Assembly (NCBI GenBank): GCA_038087875.1
Contig: CM075994.1
Coordinates: 2,296,001-2,360,000 of the forward strand
DNA from: Malacoraja senta
Taxonomy: Eukaryota
Direction of reading: 5' to 3'
DNA length: 64,000 nucleotides
Shown: piece after piece, positions 12,134 to 25,590 of the stretch
Layout of the letters: each line of letters starts with the position of its first letter
How positions within the stretch are numbered: position 1 is the stretch's first letter
The notes under the pieces: model-generated
The model's input: only the letters and a program-made list of their open reading frames with translations
Database searches by the model: none
What the model was told of the DNA's origin: nothing
Program-made: the position numbers and the translations under genes

Positions 12134-15100
12134 TGTAGATTGGCTATTGCATGTTAGCCAATTAGAGTGTTTGTTAGTAGTAGCCCCGCCTAGTACATGT
12201 TAAATATATTAGGAACTCGCCTACATCAGACAGTAGATGCTGTAGCGGCAGATTTTTCTTATCTTTCGAGAAACTAATTCTCTAGCCGCTATTTGGATGA
12301 GAATGGATAAGGGGAATATCTTCGATACGCATGCAAGCTTCCTCAGAGATCTTCAGAGCTTCTTCACTCATAAAGCTTCAACACACAGTCTTTTGATGAA
12401 TAAATGCTTTATTGTTGATGGTAAACAGCAAGATACATCCAAGTTTCTTCCGACTCGTTACTGCAATCTTCCTTGAATTCCGACTTGCAACTTTAAACAT
12501 TACAAAACTCCTCGTGTCTCCCTAACATTGGCATGGTCGAAGGGTTGACCTTCTCCATCGTCTCTCCAAACTAATCTAAAAACTAAACTTCTGCGCAAGC
12601 ATCTAAGCTCCAAACATGCCCCAAAACACATCATAAATCCCACCCACAATATAACGGGCAGTCTAAAATTTAAAGGCACATGCCATCATCAGTGACATGC
12701 AAAACAGGCCAAATGGCCACTACAGATGCAGCAGCTTGAACATGTGATGTACTGCATATCCAATACTGTGGAGTTTAATAAGGATGTGCTGTACCTTACT
12801 TGTGTACGAGTCCGGTAATTACATGGTGTCAGAGAAGTGAGCTGGACCCTGTTTACCGCGATTTATTTCTTTTATCAGTTTTATTTTTTCATTTTTTCCC
12901 CGTCATGGCCAACTCCTGCCGCAAACCTATTGATCTTTGATTCAGACATCGCCGAGCGATGGCCTATCTTTGAACGTGACTATGCTCATTATATTCGCAT
13001 TGCTCATCGTAATGATCCTGATGATTTAAAGGCATCGCTACTGCTCAATCTAGCGGGTCCAGAGGCAATAAATCACGCAGACAACTTTGAATTTGCTCCT
13101 ACCATTCAAGATGCTAATGGCCAGGTCCTAGTGCCTGCCGATATCATCGACAACCCAACAGTTCTGCTCAGAAAATTCAGAGAGCTGTGTGACCTGCCCT
13201 CGAATTGCATACTAGAAAGAACAAAGTTCTTTGCCCGTCAGCAACAAGTCGATGAACCTGTCGAACAATTCATCAGTGATTTATGACACATGGCTACACG
13301 CTGTCGTTTTGGTGAGTTGACGAATGAACTTGTGAGAGATAAGATTGTGGGGGGTATAATCGATCACAAACTGAGGGCTGAGCTCCTTCGCAACCCAGAA
13401 TTGACTTTGGATCAAGCTATCCATTCATGTCGTATGTCAGAAGTCGTTTCCCCACTTGCAGACTCTGCGACTCTCAGCCCACGACAGCAGCATAACGTTA
13501 ATCTTGCTAATTATTCTCCCCGCAAAAGCTCAAATGTGCCTCGCAAAAGCCCAAACGTGCCTCGCAAAAGCCCAAATATACCTGCTGTGCGATGTCAGAA
13601 CTGCAATTATTTCCACTTGAGGGGGCGCCAGTTTTGTATAGCTTAAGGTAAAACCTGCCATCACTGTAAGAAGCTTCATCATTTTGCGATGTGCTGCCGT
13701 TCCCTTGAGAACAGCGCTTCAAGGACAAACCTGCACCTGTTGCAACAAGAGCTCTCAGACTCTGACTCCCTAGAGCTCGACAATGACTCCCACGAGAACA
13801 ACTCTGAAAATGCTGACTGCAACTCTGCGATCCACTCCCTCCTACGATCCTCTGGCAAACTGCTCGACCCTGAAGTGACCATGTTCATAAACAACAGGCC
13901 CCTGACAGCCAAGGTAGATACGGGGGCAAAAGTCAACATTATGTCGTTAAGGGAGTTTAACAAAATCCGGAACGCCGAACGAATGCAAAAGGACTCCTCC
14001 ACGCTTCATGCTTACGGGGGGTGTGGTTCTGTATCCACTTGGAAAAGCTGATTTAAAGTGCACGATAGATAACCAGACAAAAAACCTGCTGTTTTACATT
14101 GTGCAGTCAAATTCCGAGACCCTGCTTGGTATAAATGCATGTCATGACCTGGGCCTGGTGTATTTTGGACGTGCCGTCCACAAACTATGTCTATCAGAAG
14201 AGCCAGCACAGCAACTACTATCCCAGTACAAAGACCTGTTTGATGATGGACTTGGCAAGTTGCCCGCAACGTATAGGATCGCTGTGGATCCTACAGTCAC
14301 ACCTGTGGTCCGTGCACCACATCGCGTTCCCCATGCCGTGCGGGAAAGAATACACAATGAACTCAAACGCATGGTCTCCATTGGAGTAATTGCTGAAGTT
14401 AACGACCCGCCTGATTGGGTTTCCACCATGGTCATGGCGACTAATAAAAACAAAGACGAGATATGCATCTGCATCAACCCCAGGAACCTGAATACTGCAA
14501 TCAAGCGCCCTCACTACCTGATGAGAACAGAGGACGTCGCTGTGCAGATTGGAAACGCAGCAGTGTTCTCAGTCTTGGATGCTAAAAGCTCTTTCTGGCA
14601 AATACCACTAGATCCTGCATCATCCAACCTAACGACTTTTGCCACACCATTTGGCCGCTACAAATTTTTAAGGATGCCCTTCGGCATCAACTCTGCCAGC
14701 GAAGTCTTTCAACGTGCAATGGAACAAATGTTTGCAGAATATCCGTGCGCCATCATTGTTGACGATATCCTTGTCTATGGTCGTGATTTGGCTGAGCATG
14801 ACGCCAACCTGAAGAAAATACTAAACTGTGCCAGAGACATCAACCTCAAACTTAATCCACTTAAGTGCAGATTTCGGGTTCCGGTGGTCACCTACGTCAG
14901 ACATGTTTTTACCAGCAACGGCCTGAAGCCCGATCCGCTGAAGACTGCAGCCATAAACGAACTGTCTGTTCCTACCGATGTCACCATTTTGAAACGATTC
15001 CTCGGTATGGTGAACTACCTGGGCAAATTTATTCCCAACCTCAGCGACCTGTCGGCCCCCCTGCGCCAACTGACACATAAAGACACGGCGTGGTCCTGGT

Positions 15101-16085
15101 ACCCGCACCACCAACTGGTTTTTGACACTCTCAAACTTCAATTAGCGTGCGCGCCAACACTGTCGTATTTTGACCTCAAATTACCGGTCACCATCACATG
15201 CGATGCATCCCAGTATCTCGCCAGATGCATCCACCCTTGCTTGTCTCCCAGCAACAGCTGCAGCCGCGCGTCCGCTCCCCGCCCGCGGTGCAGAAGCAAC
15301 TGCAATTTAAACGCGACACACAAAAGCGTTTTTACGACAAGTCCAGCAAGCCGCTTAAACCACTGTCACGTGGACAAGTGGTTCGCCTGCAAACCGACAA
15401 AGGACATACCCGACTGGGGCACATTTATGGCCCTTCCAAAGAACCACGTTCCTACCTGGTCGATGTGGACTGTGTCATCTACAGACGCAACCGTCAACAT
15501 ATCCTTCTAGTGAAGGAACCACGTCCTGCGCCTACAGATCCTGATGCTCCGCCTCTCGTGTTTGCACAAACGCCTGCTCCAGCTACCCTACCAGCTACTC
15601 CACCACCTGTTGTAACTGCTGCCGCGTGTTCCCCGCATCGGTTTACCCCTGGCTCGCCTGTGGCGATTTCTCCCACCAGGCCCGCCGGGTCGCCGGTCAT
15701 GTCCCTACTCCCGGTTTCCATTTCTTCTCCCGCAAAGGAGGGTGAGGCGGTCTCCTACCGCACGAGGGCCGGACGGGTTTGCAGGCCACCCATCAGATAC
15801 GGTGATTTTGTATATTCTTGCTACATTCCCTCAGTATATTGTTTAAGATACCGTGGTTGCTTTTCATCTTCTACAAGAAGAGATGTAGATTGGCTATTGC
15901 ATGTTAGCCAATTAGAGTGTTTGTCAGTAGTAGCCCCGCCTAGTACATGTTTTATAATATTAGGAACTCGCCTACATCAGACAGTAGATGCAGCAACTTG
16001 AACATGTAATGTACTGCATATCCAATACTGTGGAGTTTAATAAAGATGTGCTGTACCTTAATTGTGTACGAGTCCGGTAATTACA
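12134..16085 (+). mobile_element. Gypsy (Mag-like) LTR retrotransposon, defective
   Basis: LTRs TG...CA at 12134-12823 (interrupted) and 15884-16085 (202 bp). PBS TGGTGTCAG at 12824 (tRNA-Leu-like); PPT before 15884; flanks GATGT/GATGG. Gag zinc knuckles, protease VDTGA, RT LDAKSSFWQI and IIVDD, C-terminal RTRAGRVCRPP. Stops and frameshifts present. Confidence 0.92.
12241..12724. mobile_element. Solo LTR of a different family nested in the 5' LTR
   Basis: 484 bp with short inverted termini TGTAGCGGC...GCCACTACA. Perfect 5-bp TSD GATGC (12236-12240, 12725-12729). Absent from the 3' LTR. Confidence 0.8.
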
Positions 16086-17495
16086 GATGGATTGAGAACA
16101 TCAATGTAAAGAAAAATAGTAACTATTTTCTGGGTACATGGGTAACAAAGAATCGAGCTGTTCTTGCAGAGCAATCCCATTAGTCTCATTCCCCTCTTTT
16201 TCATATATCCCTGCAACTTATTCTTTTACATCCACCCAACAACTCGTTTTTGATTGGAAATAAGGAACTGCTGATGTGTAGGAAAGAACTGCAGACGCTG
16301 GTTTAAATCAAAGATAGACACAAAATGCTGTAGTAACTCAGCGGGACAGGCAGCATCTCTGGAGAGAAGGAATGGGCAACGTTTTGGATCGAGACCCTTC
16401 TTCAGACAAGGAAGTGCAGATGCTGGTTGACCAAGGAAAGACACCCTTCTTCAGATGTTGCAACCTGAAACCAATCTATGTTCTCCAGGGATGCTGCCTG
16501 ACCCGCTGAGTTCCTCCAGCACCTCGAGGCTTAACTTCTTTTTGATTCTTTTGCCACTGATAGCTGACAGATTTAAGGCAAGCTCAGAAAGACTTAACAG
16601 TAAAAACTACAATTGACCTAACCCAAACGTTGATTTAAGTGGCCTGACGAAGGGTCCCAATTCAAAGGGTCTCGACCCAAAACATCACCCATTCCTTCCC
16701 TCCAGAGATGTTGCCCGTCTCGTTGAGTTACTCCAGCTTTTTGTGTCTATCCCAATCCTAAATGTTGCCTATCCATGTTCTCCAGGGATGCTGCCTGCCC
16801 AGCTGAGTCACTGCAGTACTTTGTGACATTTTTTATAAACCAACATTTACAGTTCCGTGTCTCGGTGATTTTATAGTGGCCATTTAACTCACTAGCATGT
16901 CTTTAGGAGTTAGGAGGAAACTGAAGCCTTCAGGGAAAACTCTTAGCTTCACAGGGGGAATGTGCAAGCTCCAGTCAGACCTGAGATGCTGTTCAAACCC
17001 AGCTCTTGTGCAAAGAAAAATAGTTTATTTGAACTAAAACATTAACTCTATTTCTGTTCCCACAGTTGTGGCCTGACTTGCTGAGTATTTCCATCTTCTG
17101 CATTAAAAAATAATTTCACCTCCCACTCCTCTGCAATCTAGAATTATCTATTTTGTCTAGATCAGATCAGTAACCTAGGGATACTGATCTGAAAAGTTGA
17201 TCCTGTTTCTCTTTCCACAGATGTTGCCCGACCCGCTGAGGATTTACAGTATTTTCTGTTTTTAATGTCTGCATTTGTATAGTCGCAGCACCAGCAGTTG
17301 TGCCATCATGCCACCCTGTTTCTATCTTACACTTATTCATTAACGTTTTTATTGAGTTTAAACTAAAGATACTATGCGGAAACATGCCCTTTGCCCCACC
17401 GAGTCTGCGCCAACCAGCGATCCCCATACATTAACACTATCCTACACCCGAGGGACAATTTACAATTTTACCGAAGCCAATTAACCTACAAACCT

Positions 17496-18046
17496 AGAAC
17501 TAGGGGACATAGTTGCAGAATAAGGGGGGGCTCTTTTAAAACTGAGATGAGGAAGAACTTCTTCACCCAGAGGGTGGTTAATTTATGGAATTCACTGCCC
17601 CAGGGAGCAGTGGAAGCAGAAACATTAAATATATTTAAGTCTAAAATAGATGGTTTTTTAGCTGCCAAGGGGATAAGGGGCTACGGGGAGAGGGCAGGGA
17701 TATGGACCTAGGTAGGGTTAGTATAGTAAGACCTGAGTGATCTCCTGGACAAGTGTCGATCGCCTGGATTGGGGTCGGAGAGGAATTTCCCGGATTTTTT
17801 TCCCGAATTGGACCTGGGTTTTTATCCGTTTTTTTGCCTTCCCCAGGAGATCACGCGGTTCTTGGGGTGGAGAGGGGTGATAGCGGTATAAAGGGGAGGG
17901 TAGTGTCTTGTGTTCTGTGTCTTGTGTCTACTGTTTGTGGGTAGGGGTGTTTGTTTGGTGTTCAGCCATGAGCGAATGGTGGTGCGGGCTCGATGGGCCT
18001 GGTGGTCTGCTCTCGCACCTACTTTCTATGATTCTATGATTCTATG
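17496..18046 (+). mobile_element. CR1 3' fragment inserted into an HE1-like SINE
   Basis: RTRGHS...RKNFFTQRVVNLWN motif, (TTCTATGA)n tail, TSD AACCT at 17491-17495 and 18047-18051. Confidence 0.8.
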
Positions 18047-18954
18047 AACCTGTACGTGTTTGAAATGTGGGAGGAACCCAGAGCACACAGGGAAAACCCA
18101 CGTGCTCACGGGGAGAATGTACGAACTCCATACAGACAGCACCTGTAGTCAGGATCGAACCCAGGTCTGTGAGGCAGCAATTCTACCGCAGTGCCATCAT
18201 AGAGTCATAGAATGATGTGCGTGGAAACAGGCCCTTCGGCTCAACATGTCCCAGCTACACTAGTCATCGTGCCGCCCCTTGTGTTAAATGGCCACAATCA
18301 AATCTCTGTTACACAGGGACCTGAGTTAGTGAGCTGAGGCCGTTGAAGAATTAAATAAATTGGTAGAAAAGCCTCGTACAATTTCAACGTGATATGGTTT
18401 GGTAATAATTGTGTTGGGTTTTTTTCTTAAGTGATCCCAATGTGGATCCTCGGGTTTGTAAAGTGTTGATGCTTCCATTGATCAGTAAGGCACAATTTTA
18501 AGACAAACACAGAAATAATTAATTTTGAGTGGTTAGAATATGTGCTCCACCAGACTCAGGAACAGCTTCTTCCCCTCTGCTCCAGTCTGAACGGTCCTTC
18601 AACAAGCTAGGTTACCGTTCGATTCACCTTTACCTCATTGCGGACATTGGACTTTGTCTATGGAACTCATGCGTTACAATGCTGAGAACTATATCTCAAT
18701 ATTTGCCCCTTTTCTTTACCTATTGTACTGGAGTTTCACTTGATTGTATTTATGTATGGTATATCTAATTTATAGAAACAAGGAACTGCAGATGCTAGTT
18801 TATAGCAAGGATACACGTGACAATAATAAACCGAAAATATCTGAGAAATGTATTTTAAGTTCATAGATATGCTCAGTGTCACTGAGCTCCATTAATGTGT
18901 ACTGTAACAGTGTTGCTGTAAACATTGTACTCTCCCATTTTTCTACACCAATAG

Positions 18955-19096
18955 ACAGCCCAGCCTGACCCTATTGAGATCCAGCGACAGCAAGAAATAC
19001 AGAGGAGGGCAGTTGCCCGGAGAAGAGCTAAAGCACAGTTGCGGACCACAACTCCACTCCCTCTGGATGGAAGGATACATATAGAGGTACAAACAG
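18955..19096 (+). CDS. RSPH3: RSPH3 coding exon 3
   Basis: Acceptor ...tttctacaccaatag. TAQPDPIEIQRQQEIQRRAVARRRAKAQLRTTTPLPLDGRIHIEVQT. Donor G|gtatga; 142 nt. Confidence 0.93.
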
Positions 19097-20586
19097 GTAT
19101 GACTGGGAAGGATCAATTCAAAATAACATTTATTTCCATACTGGCTACTGCTGTCAAATTTAATCTGAGTATAAACTAATACATTTCATGCTGAACTACA
19201 GATTTTAATTTCTTGATTCTTTACTCTTCGGTATTATGAAAGATTTACACACACTGTGTGTGTGTTTCAAATGGAAAATATTAGTCTGGTGGAGGTGGAG
19301 AATGCATGGTGGAAGAAGGATGTCAGTTGTGAGTAGGAAGACCAAAGGCTCCCACGTAGTTTAGACAGGTCGGGTGAGTGGGCAGACATCGTTTCGACAA
19401 GAATAAATGTGTGGGTTATTCACTTCAGTTCTTAGGACATAAACCCAGTTATTATCTGAATGTAAAAGGAGGATGTGCAATAACTTCTGGGCATCCTTCA
19501 GTACACTGGTTACTGAAACAAGTGCTCTGGTGTGGTAAGCATTTCAGAAGGCAAATGGTACAATAGCCTTCATTGCAAGAGGGTCTTGGTAGAGCTGTCT
19601 TACTGTGTCTTGCTGAGATTTTACCCAAAGTTTATGTGCAATTTGCTCTGCTCAGTCGACGAGGAAGGGTCCGCTGGGATGGCATGCCTGACGTATGGAT
19701 AGAGTTTGGTGAGTTAGGCCAACATTCACATGCACAGAAGGAGGGTAGATCTCATAGAAATATATAAGATTCTATCAGATACAGACTAACCAGATGTATG
19801 GATGGCTGGAGAGTACAGAACTAGAAGTTGCAATGTCTGGATCGATCCTGGTTTTCTGGCTGTGCCGCCTGCTTTGCGTTCTATGTCTGTTTCTTGAAAA
19901 ACAAGGATGAGAAACATTGCAAAACGTGAATTTTCATTCAAGACACCAGCAGATCTCCAAAATTGTTTGTGAATTGGAAGTCTTGTAGCAAACCTGGGGA
20001 AGGCTAGATCCCGGCGTCTTAGGACCAGAGTGGTTGGTGGACAATTCCTGGAACACCGGAGAGGCTGATTTACAGATACTAGTAATGTTGGCATTTGAGG
20101 TCTTTGCTGGATTTGAGACAATATGAGGAGAGATTTCAGTCTTGGAACATTGGGCATATTTTGAATTTTAAGATGAGTTGTACGTTGGCAACCTGGAATC
20201 AGAGAGTTGGCAGGTTGGAGACGGCTACGAACGGTCGAGGGGAAAGAGAGCATAGAACAGTGCAGCACTGGGACAGGCCCTTTGGTCCACAATGTCTGTA
20301 CCAATTATTATGCCAAATTGAACTAATCTCTTCTACCTGCCTGTGATCCATATCCCTCCATTCCCTGCATATGCATGTGCCTATCTAAAAGTTCTTCAAT
20401 GCCACTCTCGTATCTGCTACCACCACCAACCCCAGCAGCATGATCCAGGCATCCACCTTGTCTAAAAATACTTGCCCTTCACATCTCCTTTAAACTTTGC
20501 CCCTCTCACTTTAACGTTATGCCAAGGTAGACATAAAATGCTGGAGTAACTCAGCGGGTCTGGCAGCATCTCTGGAGAGAAGGAAT

Positions 20587-20621
20587 GGGTGACGTTTCGG
20601 GTCGAGACCCTTCTTCAGACA
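20587..20621 (-). ncRNA. Minimal type I hammerhead ribozyme motif in a Penelope-derived repeat (best-preserved copy)
   Basis: Minus strand reads CUGAAGA-A-GGGUC-UC-GACCC-GAAA-CGUC: CUGANGA box, stem II, GAAA box, palindromic ACGU stem III and a GUC cleavage triplet. Confidence 0.65.
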
Positions 20622-21959
20622 CTTACATATGCCTTTTAGTCTTTGACATTTCCAACCTGGGGAAAAATGATCTATCTACCCTATCCAGAGAGATGGATTT
20701 CGGAGAGTTAGGAACTGAAGTGTGACTTACTGTGAAATGAGTGGAATCTGAGAACGTAGTAAGTATAAAACATTGATGATGCATCAATTGTAGTGAGCAT
20801 GAGTAGAGGTTTAGTTAGCTGGCATAGAGTGGATGGGCAGTGGAGGTGGTGCTGCAGCACCATGTAGTGGCACCTCCAACAACTACAGCAGGTGGGCAAT
20901 TGTTTGGAAACAAGACACAAAGTGCTGGGGTAACTGAGCAGGACAGGCAGCATCACTGTAGAACATGCGTAAGTGACTTTTTGGGTCTGGACCATTCTTG
21001 TTTAAAGTGATTGTTTAAAGTGACCAGTATCTTTAATGACAGTATCATTTATTCATTCATACTGTTTTTTTATAAACATGTCAATCATCATAGTCACAGC
21101 CAAAAAAAATACCTGTGTGTATTAATTGCTTTCTACCACCAGTCCTGCAAATCTACTGTGTACACTCCCTTCGTTTTTCCCTTTCGTCCTCCTTTTCCAG
21201 TAGAATAACAATGTTTAAAAATCGTTTGGATAGATACAGTGATATATGTTTAGAGGGATAAGGGCCAAATGCAGGCCAGTGTACCACCTCCCCTTATTTA
21301 CTTATGCCTTTATTTTCTCTCACAAGCCTAGCAACTTCCCTCTGATTTTTGTTCAAACATTAGCACCTCCTTATTTGGTCTGGTTCTACTAATGCGTGAG
21401 TGGATCTGAGTTTCAGTCCTGTGCTTGTGCTGATCTGTAATGTTATTCCTGTATAAAGTACTATTGATACTGAGTCATAAAACTTCATAATTACTTTAAT
21501 AAGAATACATACAGGGACCATATACATAGGTACTGTAGGCTCGAAGTCGTACATTAAACTGAGAAGCATGGTTGCTCACATTCCACAAGATGGCATAGTG
21601 GAAACCCGACATGGATTACAGATCGGGTCAGCAATAGTAAAACCAGACATGGATCAAATCAGCAATAGTGATTGATCTACAATTCCCTTCATCTGTACAT
21701 TGTGGATGGCTCGATTGTAATCATGTATAGTCTTTCCACTGACTGGTTAGCACGCAACAAAAGCTCGGTACTAGTAACAGTAAACTAAACTACTCATTCA
21801 GTGCGGCATCAACAATACAACTGAAATCGACAATTCAGATTTTAAAAAGAGGAAGTTTCACTGGACTATGTGCGAGCTACCCGATGGCTTCTGGAGGTGC
21901 ACACAGTATAAGTTCATGTTGGTTGACAAGGACAGGTTTATTTCTGACTCCAGGTATAA

Positions 21960-24900
21960 ATATTAAACATTATTTCAGACTCAAGGTCCAGACAAGAGAC
22001 AACATTACATAAAATACATTGCATATAAAAACACCATAAAATACATATAAAAGCTTAGTAAATTACTTATGAGCATCATAAATTATATACAAAAACACAA
22101 TACGTGATTTAAAATCCAGAATAAAAAGAAAGATCAGTGTCCTAAAATGAGACAACTATACCAATGCCTCCACAACTGGGATTGGTAACGTGTAGTGCTA
22201 AACCTTATGTTTGATAATACCAAGATAATTACATTTTCAGAGTCATTAATCCTGCAAATAAATTTATACATATGATTTCTTGGGATAGCTTCTAAAGTAC
22301 TGACTCCTGCAGCCACAAACATTTCACTAGCACCACACCATCTAGGTTTCCTTAGCAGTATTCTCATGGTGTCATTATAAGCCACCTTTAGACTCTGTAA
22401 ACTTGTATTTCTGTAGTTTGACCACAGGTGTGCAGTATAGAGTGGTGTACAATATGCTCTAAACAGAGATATCTTCACCACATCTGTACACGCACCAAAC
22501 TTACGTAAGAGAATATTCGCCTGTACATACAGCATAGGTCGTTGCCTATAAATATCCTCATCATCTGTCATTCTGTAATAAAATGTCCAAGATATTTTAC
22601 TTTATTACAGACACTAAGATTATTGTCAGACAATTTAAAATCAGGAAATTTTAGACATTTATCCTCTTTGGTTCTACAGATCATAACAGCACCCTTACCA
22701 GCATTATATTTGATATCATATTCCACACCATACACAGAACATATAGTAAGGAGCTGCTGGAGACCAGCGCTAGATGGACTAAAGACCACAAGATCATCTG
22801 CATACATAATGTGGTTCACTAAAGTATTACCAATCATGCACCCAGTATTACAGGCTTTCAATTGCTTGGGCAGATCATCAATATAATAGGCTTTGGAAGC
22901 ATCAATAAAGCACATAAGAATTTATGAGTTTTTACCTCTATATTTGTTTACAATCTCCTTTAGGGCATATATACACAAGTCAGTGCCATGTTGAGCTTTA
23001 AAACCAAACTGGTTATCTGTGGAGTTAACAAACTAATTTAATCTATCCAACAGAATTCTTTCAAGGACTTTTGACAATATGCTGGCTAAAGCTATGGGCC
23101 TGTAATTATTTAGGCAACCTACTTTACCAGCTTTGTCCTTAATGACCGGCACAAGCAGAACAGACAACATTGAGTCTGGTAACAGGCCATGAATCATAAA
23201 GCCAGTAAAACAAATAGCTTGGAGAAGAGCTAACCTCATACTCACATATTTAAGATGTTCAACAGAAATATGATCTAAGCCACTTGCTTTGTTGTTGGAT
23301 TGATTGTTCAAGGCATGATACACCTCATGTGACATAATCACCATTGAATCATTACACTCAATATTGTCCACCCTATACAAATCACTTTGGACACAGTTGA
23401 ATAAAGTACTATACTGTTGTCGCCATAACTCCGCGATATTAGCTGTTCCGGAGATTCCATCTACAGTGCATGGTAGAGATGTTTTGCTGCTGTTAAGAGC
23501 TCTCGCTTCTTTCCAAAAATCAGTATCATTGCTACTTAGCAGCTTCTTAGCCATGGAATCAGCCCTCATAGCTTGCTCATTTTTACAGATGAAGCAAACA
23601 GCATACTTATATCTTGCATTAGTGAGCTTCTTGTACTCAAACACAGGCCCCTGTCTGGGTCTACCTGCCATAGCCCATGATTTAGTAGCTTCACGGGCTT
23701 CAGCATGATACTCAGCTACATACTTATTCCAGGCAGGCCTGATGTTATGTGTCTTATTTTTATGCTTGTAGTAGGGCTTACTGCCTATGTATAAAGTGCA
23801 TACTATATCATTATACATGGAGCAGATACCTCTCCTCTGCCTCATATCCTTACAATTAACGTTGCTACACATTATTGCATCTTTAGGTAGATGAATATTG
23901 CTTAAGGATTTATCTGTATGAGCATAATAATCGAACATGTCTTCCTTTGTGAGGGTTGACCAGTCCAGTTTTTCTGTGTTAAAACTATTTCCATCTCTGG
24001 ATACCACAGGTGGATGTTCAACATTTATTGACATAGCAACAGGTATATATGTAGCAATGTTACAAAATTTTGAGATTTTAAAAATAAAGTCTGCAATTTA
24101 TCCCATCAGATAAAGCATAAAAAGAAGTTTAATTTGACACCTAATTCACTTTCATATCTTCAGTATTAAAGAAGTTATGGCCATTTTCATACTCGGAAAT
24201 TAGCATCTTGTTGCCTATTGCTTTTCCATTGACTTAACACAAAAGTTGTGATCGAGGACAGTCAAAAGCCCATAACTTTCTTAAAAATTAGGATAACTGA
24301 AAGAAATTTTCAGTTATTATAGATTGAAGCATTCTGAAACAAATATGAAACAATCTTACTTAGAAGACATGAAAGTAAAGCAAATAATTAGTTAGTTACC
24401 TAATTGTAGCTAATTACAAAATTCAATTACTAGATCTAAACATCTATCAATTTCTTAAGAATAGATTAACATTTTTAAATAGCCTAAGTGTCCAAATAAC
24501 ATTCACACAATAATTCACAATATAACATAATTTTTAAATCTCATTTTCATGAATTTACAGGCCAAATGGAAGGAATTGAATGTTTAATACCTGTAAATTA
24601 ATGGGGATTTAAATCATCTTGCGAGTGAGGATTTCTGGAACGCGATCTTTTGGAACGTTAATTTGCGGTGAATTTAACCCCGTATTGGCATGAAAAATAC
24701 TGCCGTTAATTCGGGGAATAAAATCACCGTGTCGCATGAAAAAATGTGAATTAAAGGCTTCTTAAGAAGCACTTTTATACATTTAAAGAAACCACTTTCG
24801 TTTACCTGTCCCGTGTGTGAAATCCGTCCCCGTTATCGGCGTTGACGCTTCAGGAGCTGCTTTTAAAATTACTGTAGCGCTGACATTGACGATTTAATAA

Positions 24901-25590
24901 AAATAAAAAATACACAAATCGCCACTAGGAACGATTCTTCAGCCAGCGCTTGTACTCCAACAAAATATTAACCATGACAAGGGAGGAGAAACCCGTGTTT
25001 TAACCCCGCCCCCCCTTAAAGGCGCCAAAATCGCGCACACGGCCAGTGGCAGAATTACAGCGCGACTGAAGGTAAGTTTTGTAACATACCTAATATATGA
25101 TCGGTCATTGCTGCCCCATACAAAATGCTCATACACCCCAATGAGGCATGTGCATCAGCTGTACGAATACAATGATCCAGCCATGACGTAGTGTGCCAGG
25201 CCTCACTAATATAAGTATAACTATCTGTAGGTAAAAGCACTTTGCTTGACAATATAAAATTATTATCTTGACAGAATTGAGCCATGTGATTGGCAAATAA
25301 TGAGTTCCTGTCTGAGATATCTGCATTCATATCCCAAATGACATATACACTAGAATAATTATTGTTTTGAATAAAGGAATAGATGAAAGCAAGCCTATTT
25401 TAATATTCATCCTCATTCTGATGGCATTCATAGGGTGTATACACATTCAGGATAACAAAGTCCTTGTTGTGAGCAAAGTGTATTGCAATACACCAGTCAG
25501 CATCAAGCCGAACCACATTTATTGATGAGTCAAGCTTCTTGTTCCATAGAATAGCCCCACCCCCTGATATCCTACCTCTGGACTATTCCT
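21960..25590 (-). mobile_element. APE-RT LINE, probably Proto2-like (clade uncertain), decayed
   Basis: Endonuclease tail (SWLDHC...TDHI), NYRPIALASILSKVLE, FIDASKA, MYADDL, YLGH, and C-terminal ANILLRKF...LFRAYCTPLY. Interrupted at 24052-25092. Confidence 0.75.
24052..25092. mobile_element. Non-autonomous DNA transposon with TIRs, nested in the LINE
   Basis: Termini TAGCAATGTTACAAAATTT and (reverse complement) TAGGTATGTTACAAAACTT match at 16/19. Direct repeat ATATATG at 24045-24051 and 25093-25099. AT-rich with no ORF. Confidence 0.75.

Noticed and set aside
19786..20304. 172-aa minus-strand ORF
   Set aside because: It starts in a CR1 tail, has no recognisable motif or exon boundaries, and is possibly an old TE remnant.
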